A stretch of 64,000 nt of DNA from Octopus sinensis (lineage: Eukaryota): NCBI RefSeq assembly GCF_006345805.1, contig NW_021833799.1, positions 21,867 to 85,866 on the forward strand, given 5' to 3'. The notes beneath the pieces were generated by a model. That model did not search any database. It was not told the origin of the DNA and saw only the letters and a list, made by a program, of their open reading frames with translations. Of this stretch, positions 36,501-48,869 are shown piece after piece. The number at the start of each line of letters is the position of its first letter. Positions within the stretch are counted from its first letter, which is position 1. The translations under genes and the position numbers were made by a program.

Positions 36501-36828
36501 TAAATGCAGTGCCATCAGTTTAAATGCAGTGCCATCGTCAGCTGCACAAATAAATAAATGGAATTTCAACAAGTAGGACACATAATTTTTCTTGAATAGT
36601 TTAACAGAGCAAGAAGATGGAAGAAATTCATGTTGTCGCTATTGTAGCTAAGAATAGACTACAACTTCTAAGAATCTCATGGAGCATAGTGGGGTTATAG
36701 GGTTTTAAGGGTTGTAATTCATTTCTAATTCAATTATCTCTTTATCAACTTCTAAAACTAAGACTAGAAGACTGTGTCTATTTTTGAATAAAGGACAAGA
36801 GTGAGCTGACAGCTTATTTTGATTATAT

Positions 36829-39800
36829 CATCATCGTCATCATCATCGTTTAACGTCCGTTCTCCATGCTAGCATGGGTTGGACGGTTCGACCGGGGTTC
36901 TGGGGAGCCAGAAGGCTGCACCAGGCTCCAGTCTTTTCTGGCAATGTTTCTACAGCTGGATGCCCTTCCTAACGCCAACCACTCCGAGAGTGTAGTGGGT
37001 GCTTTTTATGTGCCACCCGCACAGGTGCCAGGCGAGGCTGGCAACGGCCACGGTCGGGTTGGTGCATTTTACGTGCCACCGGCACGGAAGCTGGTCGAGG
37101 CGGCACTGGCTCCGGATGGTGCTTTTTACATGCTACCGGCACGGAAGCCAGTCGAGGCGGCACTGGCATCGGCCACGATTCGGATGGTGCTTTTTACATG
37201 CCACCGGCACGGAAGCCAGTCGAGGCGGCACTGGCATCGGCCACGATTCGGATGGTGCTTTTTACATGCCACCGGCACAGAAGCCAGTCGAGGCGGCCAC
37301 TGGCATCGGCCACGATTCGGATGGTGCTTTTTACATGCCACCGGCACGGAAGCCAGTCGAGGCGGCACTGGCATCGGCCACGATTCGGATGGTGCTTTTT
37401 ACATGCCACCGGCACGGAAGCCAGTCGACGGCGGCACTGGCATCGGCCACGATTCGGATGGTGTGCTTTTTACATGCCACCGGCACGGAACCAGTCGAGG
37501 CGGCACTGGCATCGGCCACGATTCGGATGGTGCTTTTTACATGCCACCGGCACGGAAGCCAGTCGAGGCGGCACTGGCTCCGGCCACGATTCGGATGGTG
37601 CTTTTTACATGCCACCGGCATGGAAGCCAGTCGAGGCGGCACTGGCATCGGCCACGATTCGGATGGTGCTTTTTACATGCCACCGGCACGGAAGCCAGTC
37701 GAGGCGGCACTGGCTCCGGCCACGATTCGGATGGTGCTTTTTACATGCCACCGGCACGGAAGCCAGTCGAGAAGGCACTGGCATCGGCCACGATTCGGAT
37801 AGTGCTTTTTACATGCCACCGGCACGGAAGCCAGTCGAGGCGGCACTGGCATCGGCCACGATTCGGATGGTGCTTTTTACATGCCACCGGCACGAAGCCA
37901 GTCGAGGCGGCACTGGCATCGGCCACGATTCGGATGGTGCTTTTTACATGCCACCGGCCACGGAAGCCAGTCGAGGCGGCACTGGCATCGGCCACGATTC
38001 GGATGGTGCTTTTTACATGCACCGGCACGGAAGCCAGTCGAGGCGGCACTGGCTCCGGCCACGATTCGGATGGTGCTTTTTACATGCCACCGGCAACGGA
38101 AGCCAGTCGAGAAGGCACTGGCATCGGCCACGATTCGGATAGTGCTTTTTACATGCCACCGGCACGGAAGCCAGTCGAGGCGGCACTGGCATCGGCCACG
38201 ATTCGGATGGTGCTTTTTACATGCCACCGGCACGGAAGCCAGTCGAGGCGGCACTGGCATCGGCCACGATTCGGATAGTGCTTTTTACATGCCACCGGCA
38301 CGGAAGCCAGTCGAGGCGGCACTGGCATCGGCCACGATTCGGATGGTGCTTTTTACATGCCACCGGCACGGAAGCCAGTCGAGGCGGCACTGGCTCCGGC
38401 CACGATTCGGATGGTGCTTTTTACATGCCACCGGCACGGAAGCCAGTCGAGGCGGCACTGGCATCGGCCACGATTCGGATGGTGCTTTTTACATGCCACC
38501 AGCACGGAAGCCAGTCGAGGCGGCACTGGCATCGGCCACGATTCGGATGGTGCTTTTTACATGCCACTGGCACGGAAGCCAGTCGAGGCGGCACTGGCAT
38601 CGGCCACGATTCGGATGGTGCTTTTTACATGCCACCGGCACGGAAGCCAGTCGAGGCGGCACTGGCTCCGGCCACGATTCGGATGGTGCTTTTTACATGC
38701 CACCGGCACGGAAGCCAGTCGAGGCGGCACTGGCATCGGCCACGATTCGGATGGTGCTTTTTACATGCCACCGGCACGGAAGCCAGTCGAGGCGGCACTG
38801 GCATCGGCCACGATTCGGATGGTGCTTTTTACATGCCACCGGCACGGAAGCCAGTCGAGGCGGCACTGGCATCGGCCACGATTCGGATGGTGCTTTTTAC
38901 ATGCCACTGGCACGGAAGCCAGTCGAGGCGGCACTGGCATCGCCACGATTCGGATGGTGCTTTTTACATGCCACCGCACGGAAGCCAGTCGAGGCGGCAC
39001 TGGCATCGGCCACGATTCGGATGGTGCTTTTTACATGCCACCGGCACGAAGCCAGTCGAGGCGGCACTGGCATCGGCCACGATTCGGATGGTGCTTTTTA
39101 CATGCCACCGGCACAGAAGCCAGTCGAGGCGGCACTGGCATCGGCCACGATTCGGATGGTGCTTTTTACATGCCACCGCACGGAAGCCAGTCGAGGCGGC
39201 ACTGGCATCGGCCACGATTCGGATGGTGCTTTTTACATGCCACCGGCACAGAAGCCAGTCGAGGCGGCACTGGCATCGGCCACGATTCGGATGGTGCTTT
39301 TTACATGCCACCGGCACAGAAGCCAGTCGAGGCGGCACTGGCATCGGCCACGATTCGGATGGTGCTTTTTACATGCCACCGGCATGGAAGCCAGTCGAGG
39401 CGGCACTGGCATCGGCCACGATTCGGATGGTGCTTTTTACATGCCACCGGCACAGAAGCCAGTCGAGGCGGCACTGGCATCGGCCACGATTCGGATGGTG
39501 CTTTTTACATGCCACCGGCACAGAAGCCAGTCGAGGCGGCACTGGCTCCGGCCACGATTCGGATGGTGCTTTTTACATGCCACTGGCACGGAAGCCAGTC
39601 GAGGCGGCACTGGCATCGGCCACGATTCGGATGGTGCTTTTTACATGCCACCGGCACGGAAGCCAGTCGAGGCGGCACTGGCTCCGGCCACGATTCGGAT
39701 GGTGCTTTTTACATGCCACCGGCACGGAAGCCAGTCGAGGCGGCACTGGCATCGGCCACGATTCGGATGGTGCTTTTTACATGCCACCGGAACGGAAGCC

Positions 39801-39925
39801 AGTCGAGGCGGCACTGGCTCCGGCCACGATTCGGATGGTGCTTTTTACATGCCACCGGCACGGAAGCCAGTCGAGGCGGCACTGGCATCGGCCACGATTC
39901 GGATAGTGCTTTATACATGCCACCA
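36829..39925 (-). repeat. Family D element whose 68-bp subrepeat is expanded to about 42 tandem copies (37085-39925)
   Basis: Unit GGAAGCCAGTCGAGGCGGCACTGGCATCGGCCACGATTCGGATGGTGCTTTTTACATGCCACCGGCAC (starts 37143, 37211 ...). Confidence 0.95.
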
Positions 39926-39942
39926 GTCCAGTGTGTGTGTGT

Positions 39943-39970
39943 TTGGCCTTTTTGGCTGAGATCAAAGTGT
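39943..39970 (+). pseudogene. U2 snRNA 5' fragment fused to a SINE A-like body (copy 2, lacks the MITE)
   Basis: 39930-40030 is identical by eye to 34671-34771. Confidence 0.6.
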
Positions 39971-40756
39971 GTCTTTGTGAATGCGCTGACCTCTTCTAGT
40001 TGGCATTCTGAGTTCGGTACCACTGCAGAGCTACTTAGTCAAGTGTCTTTTATTGGAGTCTCCCGCCTACCAAAGACTGGTGAGTGAATTTGGCCGACAT
40101 ATATATATATATATATACACACACTCACACACATAGGCAGATCAATAATTGAAGGGAAACCCATAAGAGGACATACACAGTGAATGCCTTAAGGTTGATA
40201 TGCAATTGAAGATGGGGAAAAAAAGTGGGGGGGGGATATGAAGTTTCAAGCAAGGCTCTTGGTCAGAGCCCCGGAATGAGCCAGGTTTCTGTGAATAAGT
40301 CTGGGAAACTTTACTATAGCCTGGGGGCTGACTACTAAACCCTTGTTGGTGGATTTGGTCCGAGGAAAGTACTGGGGTTAATCTGTTTGAGGAAACCAGT
40401 TCTAGGCTGTGCTCCAGCATGGTCGCTGTCCAATGAGTGAAACAAGTAAATGTAAAAGTACCCAGATACTTGCATCTGTCTTTCTCCCTCCACCCCCTCT
40501 CTCTCTCCCCTCCCCCCATCATACAAAGACATAACTATTGGGCGCTCACTCCCCCTCCTTTGCCGCTTGCCTTAAAACCAACAAACCCAGGAGAAAGACA
40601 AGCTAAGACAAATAAATATGCCCACCACCACTGTATGCCTGCTACTGTTGCTTTTTGTTCATTTGTTCATATATATATACACACATATATATATATATAC
40701 ATACATATAAATATATATATACAAATATATATATACATACATATAAATATATATAC

Positions 40757-40796
<40 letters not shown>

Positions 40797-41039
40797 CACA
40801 TATATATATACACACATATATATATACACATATATATATATATACACACATATATATATACACATATATATATATACACACATATATATACACATATATA
40901 TATATACACATATATATATTACATATATATATACTATATATACATATATATATATATATATATACCACATATATATATATACATATATATATACACATAT
41001 ATATACATATATACACACATATATATATACATATATATA

Positions 41040-41088
<49 letters not shown>

Positions 41089-41361
41089 GTGTTTGTGTGT
41101 GTATAATATATATTATATATTTGGCACCAGAATCCCCTCCGTACCACCACCAATCAACACTATCACAACCCGAACTCACCACCACCACCACCACCACCAT
41201 TTTCATCACCATCATCATCATCATCCTCACCATCACCAATACATCAACCACCACCACCACCCTCTTCCCTTCTTCCCCCTCTCTCTCTCCCTCTCACCAA
41301 CCAACAAACCAATGCACAGCAGCCCTTTTATGTTACAGTACCCCACTTTTGTAATTATAAG

Positions 41362-41463
41362 GGTACCCCTGACCCCAGCTGCTACCTCCCAGACACATCT
41401 TTCATCTCATATGTCAAAGGTGAAAGTCAGAAGACACCTGCTCAACTCATGCTGTCCACCTAA
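41362..41463 (+). other. Candidate exon
   Basis: Acceptor TTTTGTAATTATAAG. Open frame [33 protein letters not shown], with possible weak donors at 41420 and 41426. Confidence 0.2.
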
Positions 41464-41559
41464 GCCCACCCCCACCATGGGGCCCTCCTCACAGCCCTTT
41501 TTCTGCTATTTTGACATTTCAGTGGAATGCAGGGTGGTAGGGGTAGGGATACTATGCTG

Positions 41560-42105
41560 GTGGCAGTGGTGGTGGTAGTTGTGGTGGTGGTGTTGGTGGC
41601 TGTTGTGGTGATGGGGTGGGGGTGTTAGCTGTTCCGGTGGCAGTAATGGTTATGGTGGTGTTGATTGTGATGGTGATGGTGGTTGTGGTAATGGTTGTGA
41701 TGGTGGTGGTAATAGTTGTGGTTGTGGTGGCAGTGTTGGTAGTGGTAATGGTTTTTGATGGTGATGGTGGTGGTTGTGGTAATGGTTGTGATGGTGGTGG
41801 TAATAGTTGTGGTTGTGGTGGCAGTGTTGGTAGTGGTAATGGTTTTTGATGGTGATGGTGGTTGTGGTGGTTGTAGTAATGGTTGTGGTAATGGTTGTGG
41901 TGGTGGTGGTAATAGTTGTGGTTGTGGTGGCAGTGTTGGTAGTGGTAATGGTTTTGATGGTGATGGTAATTGTGGTGGAGATGATTGTGATGGTTGTGGT
42001 TGTGGTTGTAGTGCTGGTGGTGGTAATTGTTGTGATGGTAGTGTTGCAGTAGTGGTAGTTGTGGTGGTAGTAGCTAGGTTCGTGATGATGATGATGATGA
42101 TGCCA
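41560..42105. repeat. (GGT/GAT)n low-complexity array with 90-110 bp higher-order units
   Basis: Direct reading. Confidence 0.9.
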
Positions 42106-42284
42106 TGATGTAAATCACGTCTTTCCATTTTTGCACCAACATATGTTTCTGCTGCAACTTGGTGCACACTGCACAATTTTGTACCTTAGAGTGCATTTTG
42201 GTGTTAATTGCAGCTCCTTCAGAGCAGTCCCTGTTAGGATTGTATAATCCCTATCAACCTAATTTCGAAATTCATCTTTATATA

Positions 42285-42337
<53 letters not shown>

Positions 42338-42338
<1 letters not shown>

Positions 42339-42650
42339 TAGCAGTATCGCCCGGCATTGCTCGGGTTTGTAAGGGAAATAACTATATAAGCATTTTTAGA
42401 GAGTTACTTCCCTTATATAATAGCAAAAAAAAATACATTAAAAATGGGAAAAAATGATGGTAATTTTTTTTTAAATCGTAGACTCATCGTAGACTCATCG
42501 TAGACGTGCGCTAATACCCAGAAGGGCTCAATATGAATCACGACTATAAGATACCCGGTTTTGGTTACACTGCACCGCAAAATGTGGGAATAGTTAGAAA
42601 TCTAAATCGTAGGAGACAGACACACAACTTCACTTTTATATATATATAGA
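42338..42650 (-). mobile_element. Complete non-autonomous Helitron (313 bp)
   Basis: The minus strand starts A|TC, ends CTAG|T, and has a GC-rich hairpin CCCGAGCAATGCCGGG about 10 nt before the 3' end. It is inserted in (AT)n. Confidence 0.8.
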
Positions 42651-42819
42651 TATGTATAGGCATGGCTGTGTGGTAAAAAGCTTGCTTCCCAGCCACAAGT
42701 TTCTGGGTTCAGTCCCACTGCATGGCACCTTGGGTAAGTAAGTGTCTTTTACTATAGTCTTGGGCTGACCAAAGCCTTGTGAGATGATTTGGTAAACAGA
42801 AACTGAAAGTAGCCCATCC

Positions 42820-42985
42820 TCTGTCTTCCCTTCTCTGGATCTTTCCTTCTCCTTTGTTTCCGACGAAGAGCTCCACTCGAAACGTTAAACCCTCCTTCTT
42901 TCCTGAGCGTCCAATAATACTATATTTGTTCCATGTCCTCGCGTTGTTGTGTTTTTTTTGTGCTTTCTTGTTTGGATTAACTATA
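42820..42985 (+). mobile_element. Penelope-like pseudo-LTR fragment with minimal hammerhead-like motif (42856-42890)
   Basis: GTTT-CCGACGA-A-GAGC-tcc-ACTC-GAAA-CG-TT-AAAC. Paralog of 3876-3910. Confidence 0.55.
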
Positions 42986-43180
42986 TATATATAGCAATGA
43001 TTAGTAAATTCACGAAACCGGTATGCTTTTGAATCATTTTAACAATAATGACTTTTATTACTTTTATTCCTACTTCAGTTCATCTAATTGTATATATCTA
43101 TCATTACTTTTCATAAAAGGCCTTCACTTTTTTGATTTCCAATGTGCATTTTTGCATAATTTTCTACTTACTTTCCTCCC

Positions 43181-43220
<40 letters not shown>

Positions 43221-43231
43221 TATATATATAC

Positions 43232-43343
<112 letters not shown>

Positions 43344-43919
43344 TTGTACCACTAGCCTCGTTTGACAACCAATGTTGGTGTGTTCATGTTCCTGAAACTT
43401 AGCAGTTTGCCAAAAGAGACCGATAAAATAAGTATCAGGCTTACAGAGAATAAATCTTGGAGTCGATTTGTTTGACTAAAAGGCAGTGCTCCAGCATGGC
43501 CACAGTCATGACTGAAACATGTAAGAGAAAAAAAAATATTCATATATATATATATATTTATATAGGCACAGGCGTGGCTGTATGGTAAGTAGCTTGCTTA
43601 CGAACCACATGGTTCTGGGTTCAGTCCCACTGCGTGGCACCTTGGGCAAGTGTCTTCTACTATAGCCCCGGGCCGACCAAGCCTTGTTGGTGTTTGTCCC
43701 CACCTCCCCAGCGATTGCTTGACAAGTGATGTTCCTGTATTTATGACACCCCCCTCCAACCTAGCAGTTCAGCAACAGAGGCAGACAAACATACACACAC
43801 ACTCACACACACATGCATGTACGCACACATACACCTATGTACGATGGGCTGTTTTTAGCTTCTGTCTACGAAAGACACTTGCTGAAGGTACTATGAAGTG
43901 GGATTGAACCTGTAACCAT

Positions 43920-44345
43920 GTAGTAGTGGTGATGGTGGTAGTGAATGATGGTGGTGGTAGTAGTAGTAGTAGTGATGGTGGTGGTATTGGCTGTTGTGGT
44001 GGTGGCAATAGTAGTAATGGCAGTTGTGGTGGTGGTGGTGGTAGTAGTAGTAGTGATGGTGGTGGTATTGGCTGTTGCGGTGGTGGCAATAGTAGTAATG
44101 GCAGTTGTGGTGGTGGTGGTAGTAGTAGTAGTAGTGATGGTGGTGGTATTGGCTGTTGTGGTGGTGGCAATAGTAGTAATGGCAGTTGTGGTGGTGGTGG
44201 TGGTAGTAGTAGTAGTGATGGTGGTGGTGGTGGTAGTAGCAGTAGTGGTAGTGGTAGTAGTAGTAGTAGTAGTAGCAGTAGTAACAGTAGTAGTAGTAGT
44301 GGTAGCAGTAGTGCCTGTGGTGGTATTGGTTGTGGTAGTGGTAGT
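43920..44345. repeat. (GGT/AGT)n array with an 81-bp higher-order unit (about 3.5 copies)
   Basis: GGTATTGGCTGTTG at 43983, 44064 and 44145. Confidence 0.9.
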
Positions 44346-44369
44346 TAGTAGTGTTGTGGATGGCATGGT

Positions 44370-44830
44370 TGGGGTGGGTGGTGTAGTGGTGTTGAGGGAG
44401 AGGGGGTGGGGGTCAGGCGTGTCATCAGAAGGGCAAGCTGTATGTAAGAAGATAACAGGGATAAGGCGAGAAAGGGAGGTGTGTGTGTGTGGGGCGGGGG
44501 GGGCGGATAAGGGGGAAAGGCGAGGGGGGGGGCCAGGTTGAAGCAGAAACAGGGTGGGTTGAGGTGGGGGGGGGGAGAAAGAATCTAGGTTAAGGTTAGG
44601 ATCGGGGGTTGGGTGGGTGGGGGGGAGATTGGAGAGAGAGGTTTCCAAAGAAGTAGGGGATAGAAAATGTTGGAAAGTGGAGGTGGCGGGGTGGGGGTGG
44701 GGGTGTGTGGTATCCCTCCCCCTTTCAACCCCTCCCCCCCCTCCATTCTCTCTCCTGTGCTTTTGTGGAGGTATTTGTTGGGTGGGGTGGGGGTGGGGGG
44801 CATTTGAGGGTGGGGGATGGGAAACAGTTT
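44370..44830 (+). other. G-tract cluster with G-quadruplex potential
   Basis: Many runs of G3-G10 with short loops, e.g. GGGTGGGGTGGGGGTGGGGG. Confidence 0.55.
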
Positions 44831-44844
44831 TTCTGTAGTGTAAT

Positions 44845-46130
44845 GTTTAGCCCCAGGTCAGTCCTGGTCCAGACAGACCCATCATCAAAGACGTTCCAGC
44901 TGTGACCCTCCCATCTTTTATTTAGGCATAGTGTATCTAGGACTACATTATCTAATGTATCGTATAGTAGTTAGTAGTAGTAGTGGCTATAACTGTTGTT
45001 GTTTAGCCCCAGGTCAAGCCTGATCTGGACAGACCGATGTTCAAAGATGTTCCAACTGTGACCATCCCATCTTTCATTCAAGCATAGTGTATCTAGGACT
45101 ACATTGTATAATGTGTAGACGCTGTTGTATAACCCCAGGTCAGTCCTGATCCAGCAGAGTTATAATCAAAGATGTTCCAGCTGTGACCATCCCACCTTTT
45201 ATTTAGGCATAGTGTATCTAGGACTACATTATCTAATGTATAGTATAGGAGTTAGTATTAGTGGCTGTAGTTGTTGTTTAGCCCCAGGTCAGTCCTGATA
45301 CAGACAGACCGATGATCAGAGACGTTCCAGCTGTGACCATCCCACCTTTTATTCAGGCATAGTGTATCTAGGATTACATTATCTAATGTATAGTATAGGA
45401 GTTAGTATTAGTGGCTGTAGTTGTTGTTTAGCCCCAGGTCAGTCCTGATACAGACAGACCGATGATCAGAGACGGTCCGGCTGTGACCATCCCACCTTTT
45501 ATTCAGGCATAGTGTATCTAGGACTACATTATCTAATGTATAGTATAGGAGTTAGTATTAGTGGCTGTAGTTGTTGTTTAGCCCCAGGTCAGTCCTGATA
45601 CAGACAGACCGATGATCAGAGACGGTCCGGCTGTGACCATCCCACCTTTTATTCAGGCATAGTGTATCTAGGATTACATTATCTAATGTATAGTATAGGA
45701 GTTAGTATTAGTGGCTGTAGTTGTTGTTTAGCCCCAGGTCAGTCCTGATACAGACAGACCGATGATCAGAGACGGTCCGGCTGTGACCATCCCACCTTTT
45801 ATTCAGGCATAGTGTATCTAGGACTACATTATCTAATGTATAGTATAGGAGTTAGTATTAGTGGCTGTAGTTGTTGTTTAGCCCCAGGTCAGTCCTGATA
45901 CAGACAGACCGATGATCAGAGACGGTCCGGCTGTGACCATCCCACCTTTTATTCAGGCATAGTGTATCTAGGACTACATTATCAAATGTATAGTATAGGA
46001 GTTAGTATTAGTGGCTGTAGTTGTTGTTTAGCCCCAGGTCAGTCCTGATACAGACAGACCGATGATCAGAGACGGTCCAGCTGTGACCATCCCATCTTTC
46101 ATTCTGGCATAGGGTATCTAGGAGGAAGTT
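44845..46130. repeat. 150-bp tandem array (3 diverged + 6 homogeneous copies) derived from a short retroposon end
   Basis: GCCCCAGGTCAGTCCTG at 45281, 45431, 45581, 45731, 45881 and 46031. Older copies at 44850, 45006 and 45132. Confidence 0.95.
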
Positions 46131-46199
46131 AAGTTATGAGAAGTATGTCGTGTATGTTTTGATATGAGTGTTATGTATATATGTATATGTTTGTGTGTG

Positions 46200-47035
46200 T
46201 GTTGTATTCTTTTACTTGTTCCAGCCATATGACTGTGGCCATGCTGGAGGGTTTTAGTTGAACAAATCAACTCCAGGACTTTTTTTTTTTTTTTTTGGCG
46301 TAGTTCTTGTTCTATCAGTCATTTATGCCAATACACTCTTTTACTCTCTTTACTCTTCTACTTGTTTCAGTCATTTGACTGCGGCCATGCTGGAGCACCG
46401 CCTTTAGTCGAGCAAATTGACCGCAGGACTTATTCTTTGTAAGCCCAGTACTTATTCTATCGGTCTCTTTTGCCGAACCGCTAAGTTTACTCTTTTACTT
46501 GTTTCAGTCATTTGACTGCAGCCATGCTGGAGCACCGCCTTTAGTCGAGCAAATTGACCGCAGGACTTATTCTTTGTAAGCCCAGTACTTATTCTATCGG
46601 TCTCTTTTGCCGAACCATTAAGTGACGGGGGCGTAAACACACCAGCAACGGTTGTCAAGCAATGCTAGGGGGACAAACACAGACACACAAACATATACAC
46701 ACACATCATCATCATCATCATCATCGTTTAACGTCTGCTTTCCATGCTAGCATGGGTTGGACGGTTCGACCGGGGATCTGGGAAGCCAGAAGGCTGCACC
46801 AGGCTCCAGTCTTATCTGGCAATGTTTCTACAGCTGGATGCGCTTCCTAACGCCATATATATACATATATACGACAGGCTTCTTTCAGTTTCCGTCTACC
46901 AAATCCACTCACAAGGCATTGGTCGGCCCGGTGCTATAGCAGAAGACACTTGCCCAAGATGCCACGCAGTGGGACTGAACCCAGAACCATGTGGTTGGTA
47001 AGCAAGCTACTTACCACACAGCCACTCCTGTGCCT
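46200..47035 (-). mobile_element. Cluster of SINE A pieces (tandemly duplicated tail) interrupted by a family D 3' end (46705-46850)
   Basis: Consensus matches. Confidence 0.75.
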
Positions 47036-47676
47036 ATGTATATATTTATATATATTTAAACACATAAGAGATGGCCATAATAGGACATCTGACTTACTAG
47101 AAAGAGCAGTTAAACTCCAAACCACTAATAGTTGTAATTCTGAAATGGAAAGAGAAATAAAATATATATAATATATTATCTAATGTAAATAAGTATGGTA
47201 TCCATGTGTATATACATGCTTGCATATGAGAGCGTGACTGAATATTTTTCATATAATTATATACACACGCTATCAAAGCAGCCGTGTTTATATAAAACAT
47301 ATATCTATAGGCTCCTATATAACGAAACATAACTTTAGGGTTGACCCCTAAGAATTAGGGCATCAGATGGAGTGTAGGGAGGGGTTTTAATATAAATATA
47401 AGCACTTATGTTCTCATGCTAAATATTTCTTGCTGGTTCATAGCATGTAACATTCTTTATACACCAGGGGTGCGTGTATACACACACGCACACACACACA
47501 CATATATATATGCATGTCTATTCATGCACACCTATATGTATGTGTCTGTGTGTGTTTGTGTACAGAAATATTCGCATATTCATAAATATCTATGTATGCA
47601 TATATATATATATATATATACTTTACATATATATATAATATATATATATATATATTATATATATATATATATACTT

Positions 47677-47713
<37 letters not shown>

Positions 47714-47714
47714 G

Positions 47715-47745
<31 letters not shown>

Positions 47746-47939
47746 ATTTAGGAATGGTCATATTGCCAGTTCAGCCAATAAAAACACACGCACTATATAT
47801 TTGGTGTTACTTTGCTTCAGTGTTATTTATTTTTTACATTAAACTTAATCTTATTTCTAGAAATGGCTGACGGTTAGTAAGGAGAGACACAAATAAGTAA
47901 GAAGAAAACAAAGGACCACTGATGCGGTCACAGGAGTGT

Positions 47940-48130
47940 GACGAAAGAACTCGGTGGAATTTGAACTCAGAACGTAACGGCAGCCGAAATATCGCTAAGC
48001 ACTTCGCCTGGCGTGCTAACGTTTCTGCCCGCTGCTCACAAAACACTTACAATGCCCCGGTCTGGGAGTTGAAACCGCGTTCTTACGACTGCGAGTCCGA
48101 GCCCTAACCACTGGACCATTGCGCCTCCAC
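47940..48130 (-). mobile_element. SINE C head and SINE B head fragments
   Basis: Reverse complement of both heads. Confidence 0.7.
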
Positions 48131-48540
48131 TGCTGTTGTTGTTGTTGTCGTTGCTGTAATCAATTTCACTCCCCCCCTTCGCCCTCCCCACCCCCACCAC
48201 CGGCAGTCACATGCACACAACCAATTATTCCAAAGGCAGGACACACAGACAGAACAAAACAGTTTACAATATTACCATTAGAGAGGAATTTTTACATCCC
48301 TGTAACCTTTTGTATCTCTCCTGATTCCGGGGGGGGCCCAGGAGGTGGGCATGGGTGAGAGGGCAGCCGCACTACTCTCGGAACTGTGTTGGAGGAGGTG
48401 GCGTGTTTGCAAGTGTATTATGTGTGTGTGTGTGCATATATACATAAACACATGTACATATATACACACATATATATACACATACACACACACACGTATA
48501 TATGTGTGTATGGTGTTTGTATGTATATGGTGTATGTGTG

Positions 48541-48574
<34 letters not shown>

Positions 48575-48689
48575 TGTATATACATATATCTACATATATA
48601 TAAATACATATATATACACACACATATATATGTAAATATATATATACATATACAGATCGCCATGTTGATTCGTTAGCTACTGCACGCAT

Positions 48690-48865
48690 TTTTTTTCTCT
48701 CCTTCTTTCTGTGTTTTTCTCTCTCTGTGTATCTTTCTGTTGAAGAGCGTAGGCTCGAAACGTTAAGACTTGTTTTATTTATATTTCCTGAGCGCCATAC
48801 AATACAATTGTTCGTTTGTTTTCCACCTGCCTTCGTCTTTTGTTTATTTTCATAAGCTTCCCCGT
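48690..48865 (+). mobile_element. Penelope-like pseudo-LTR fragment with variant hammerhead motif (48733-48768)
   Basis: CTTT-CTGTTGA-A-GAGC-gtag-GCTC-GAAA-CG-TT-AAG. Confidence 0.5.
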
Positions 48866-48869
48866 TTAT

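Noticed and set aside
36866-40087. Long ORFs of 470-692 aa
   Set aside because: They result from a stop-free 68-bp tandem unit read through all three frames. The same peptides appear in every frame, and the unit is a retroposon subrepeat.
44586-44600. TAGGTTAAGGTTAGG telomere-like motif
   Set aside because: Only 2-3 imperfect units, which is expected by chance in G-rich DNA.
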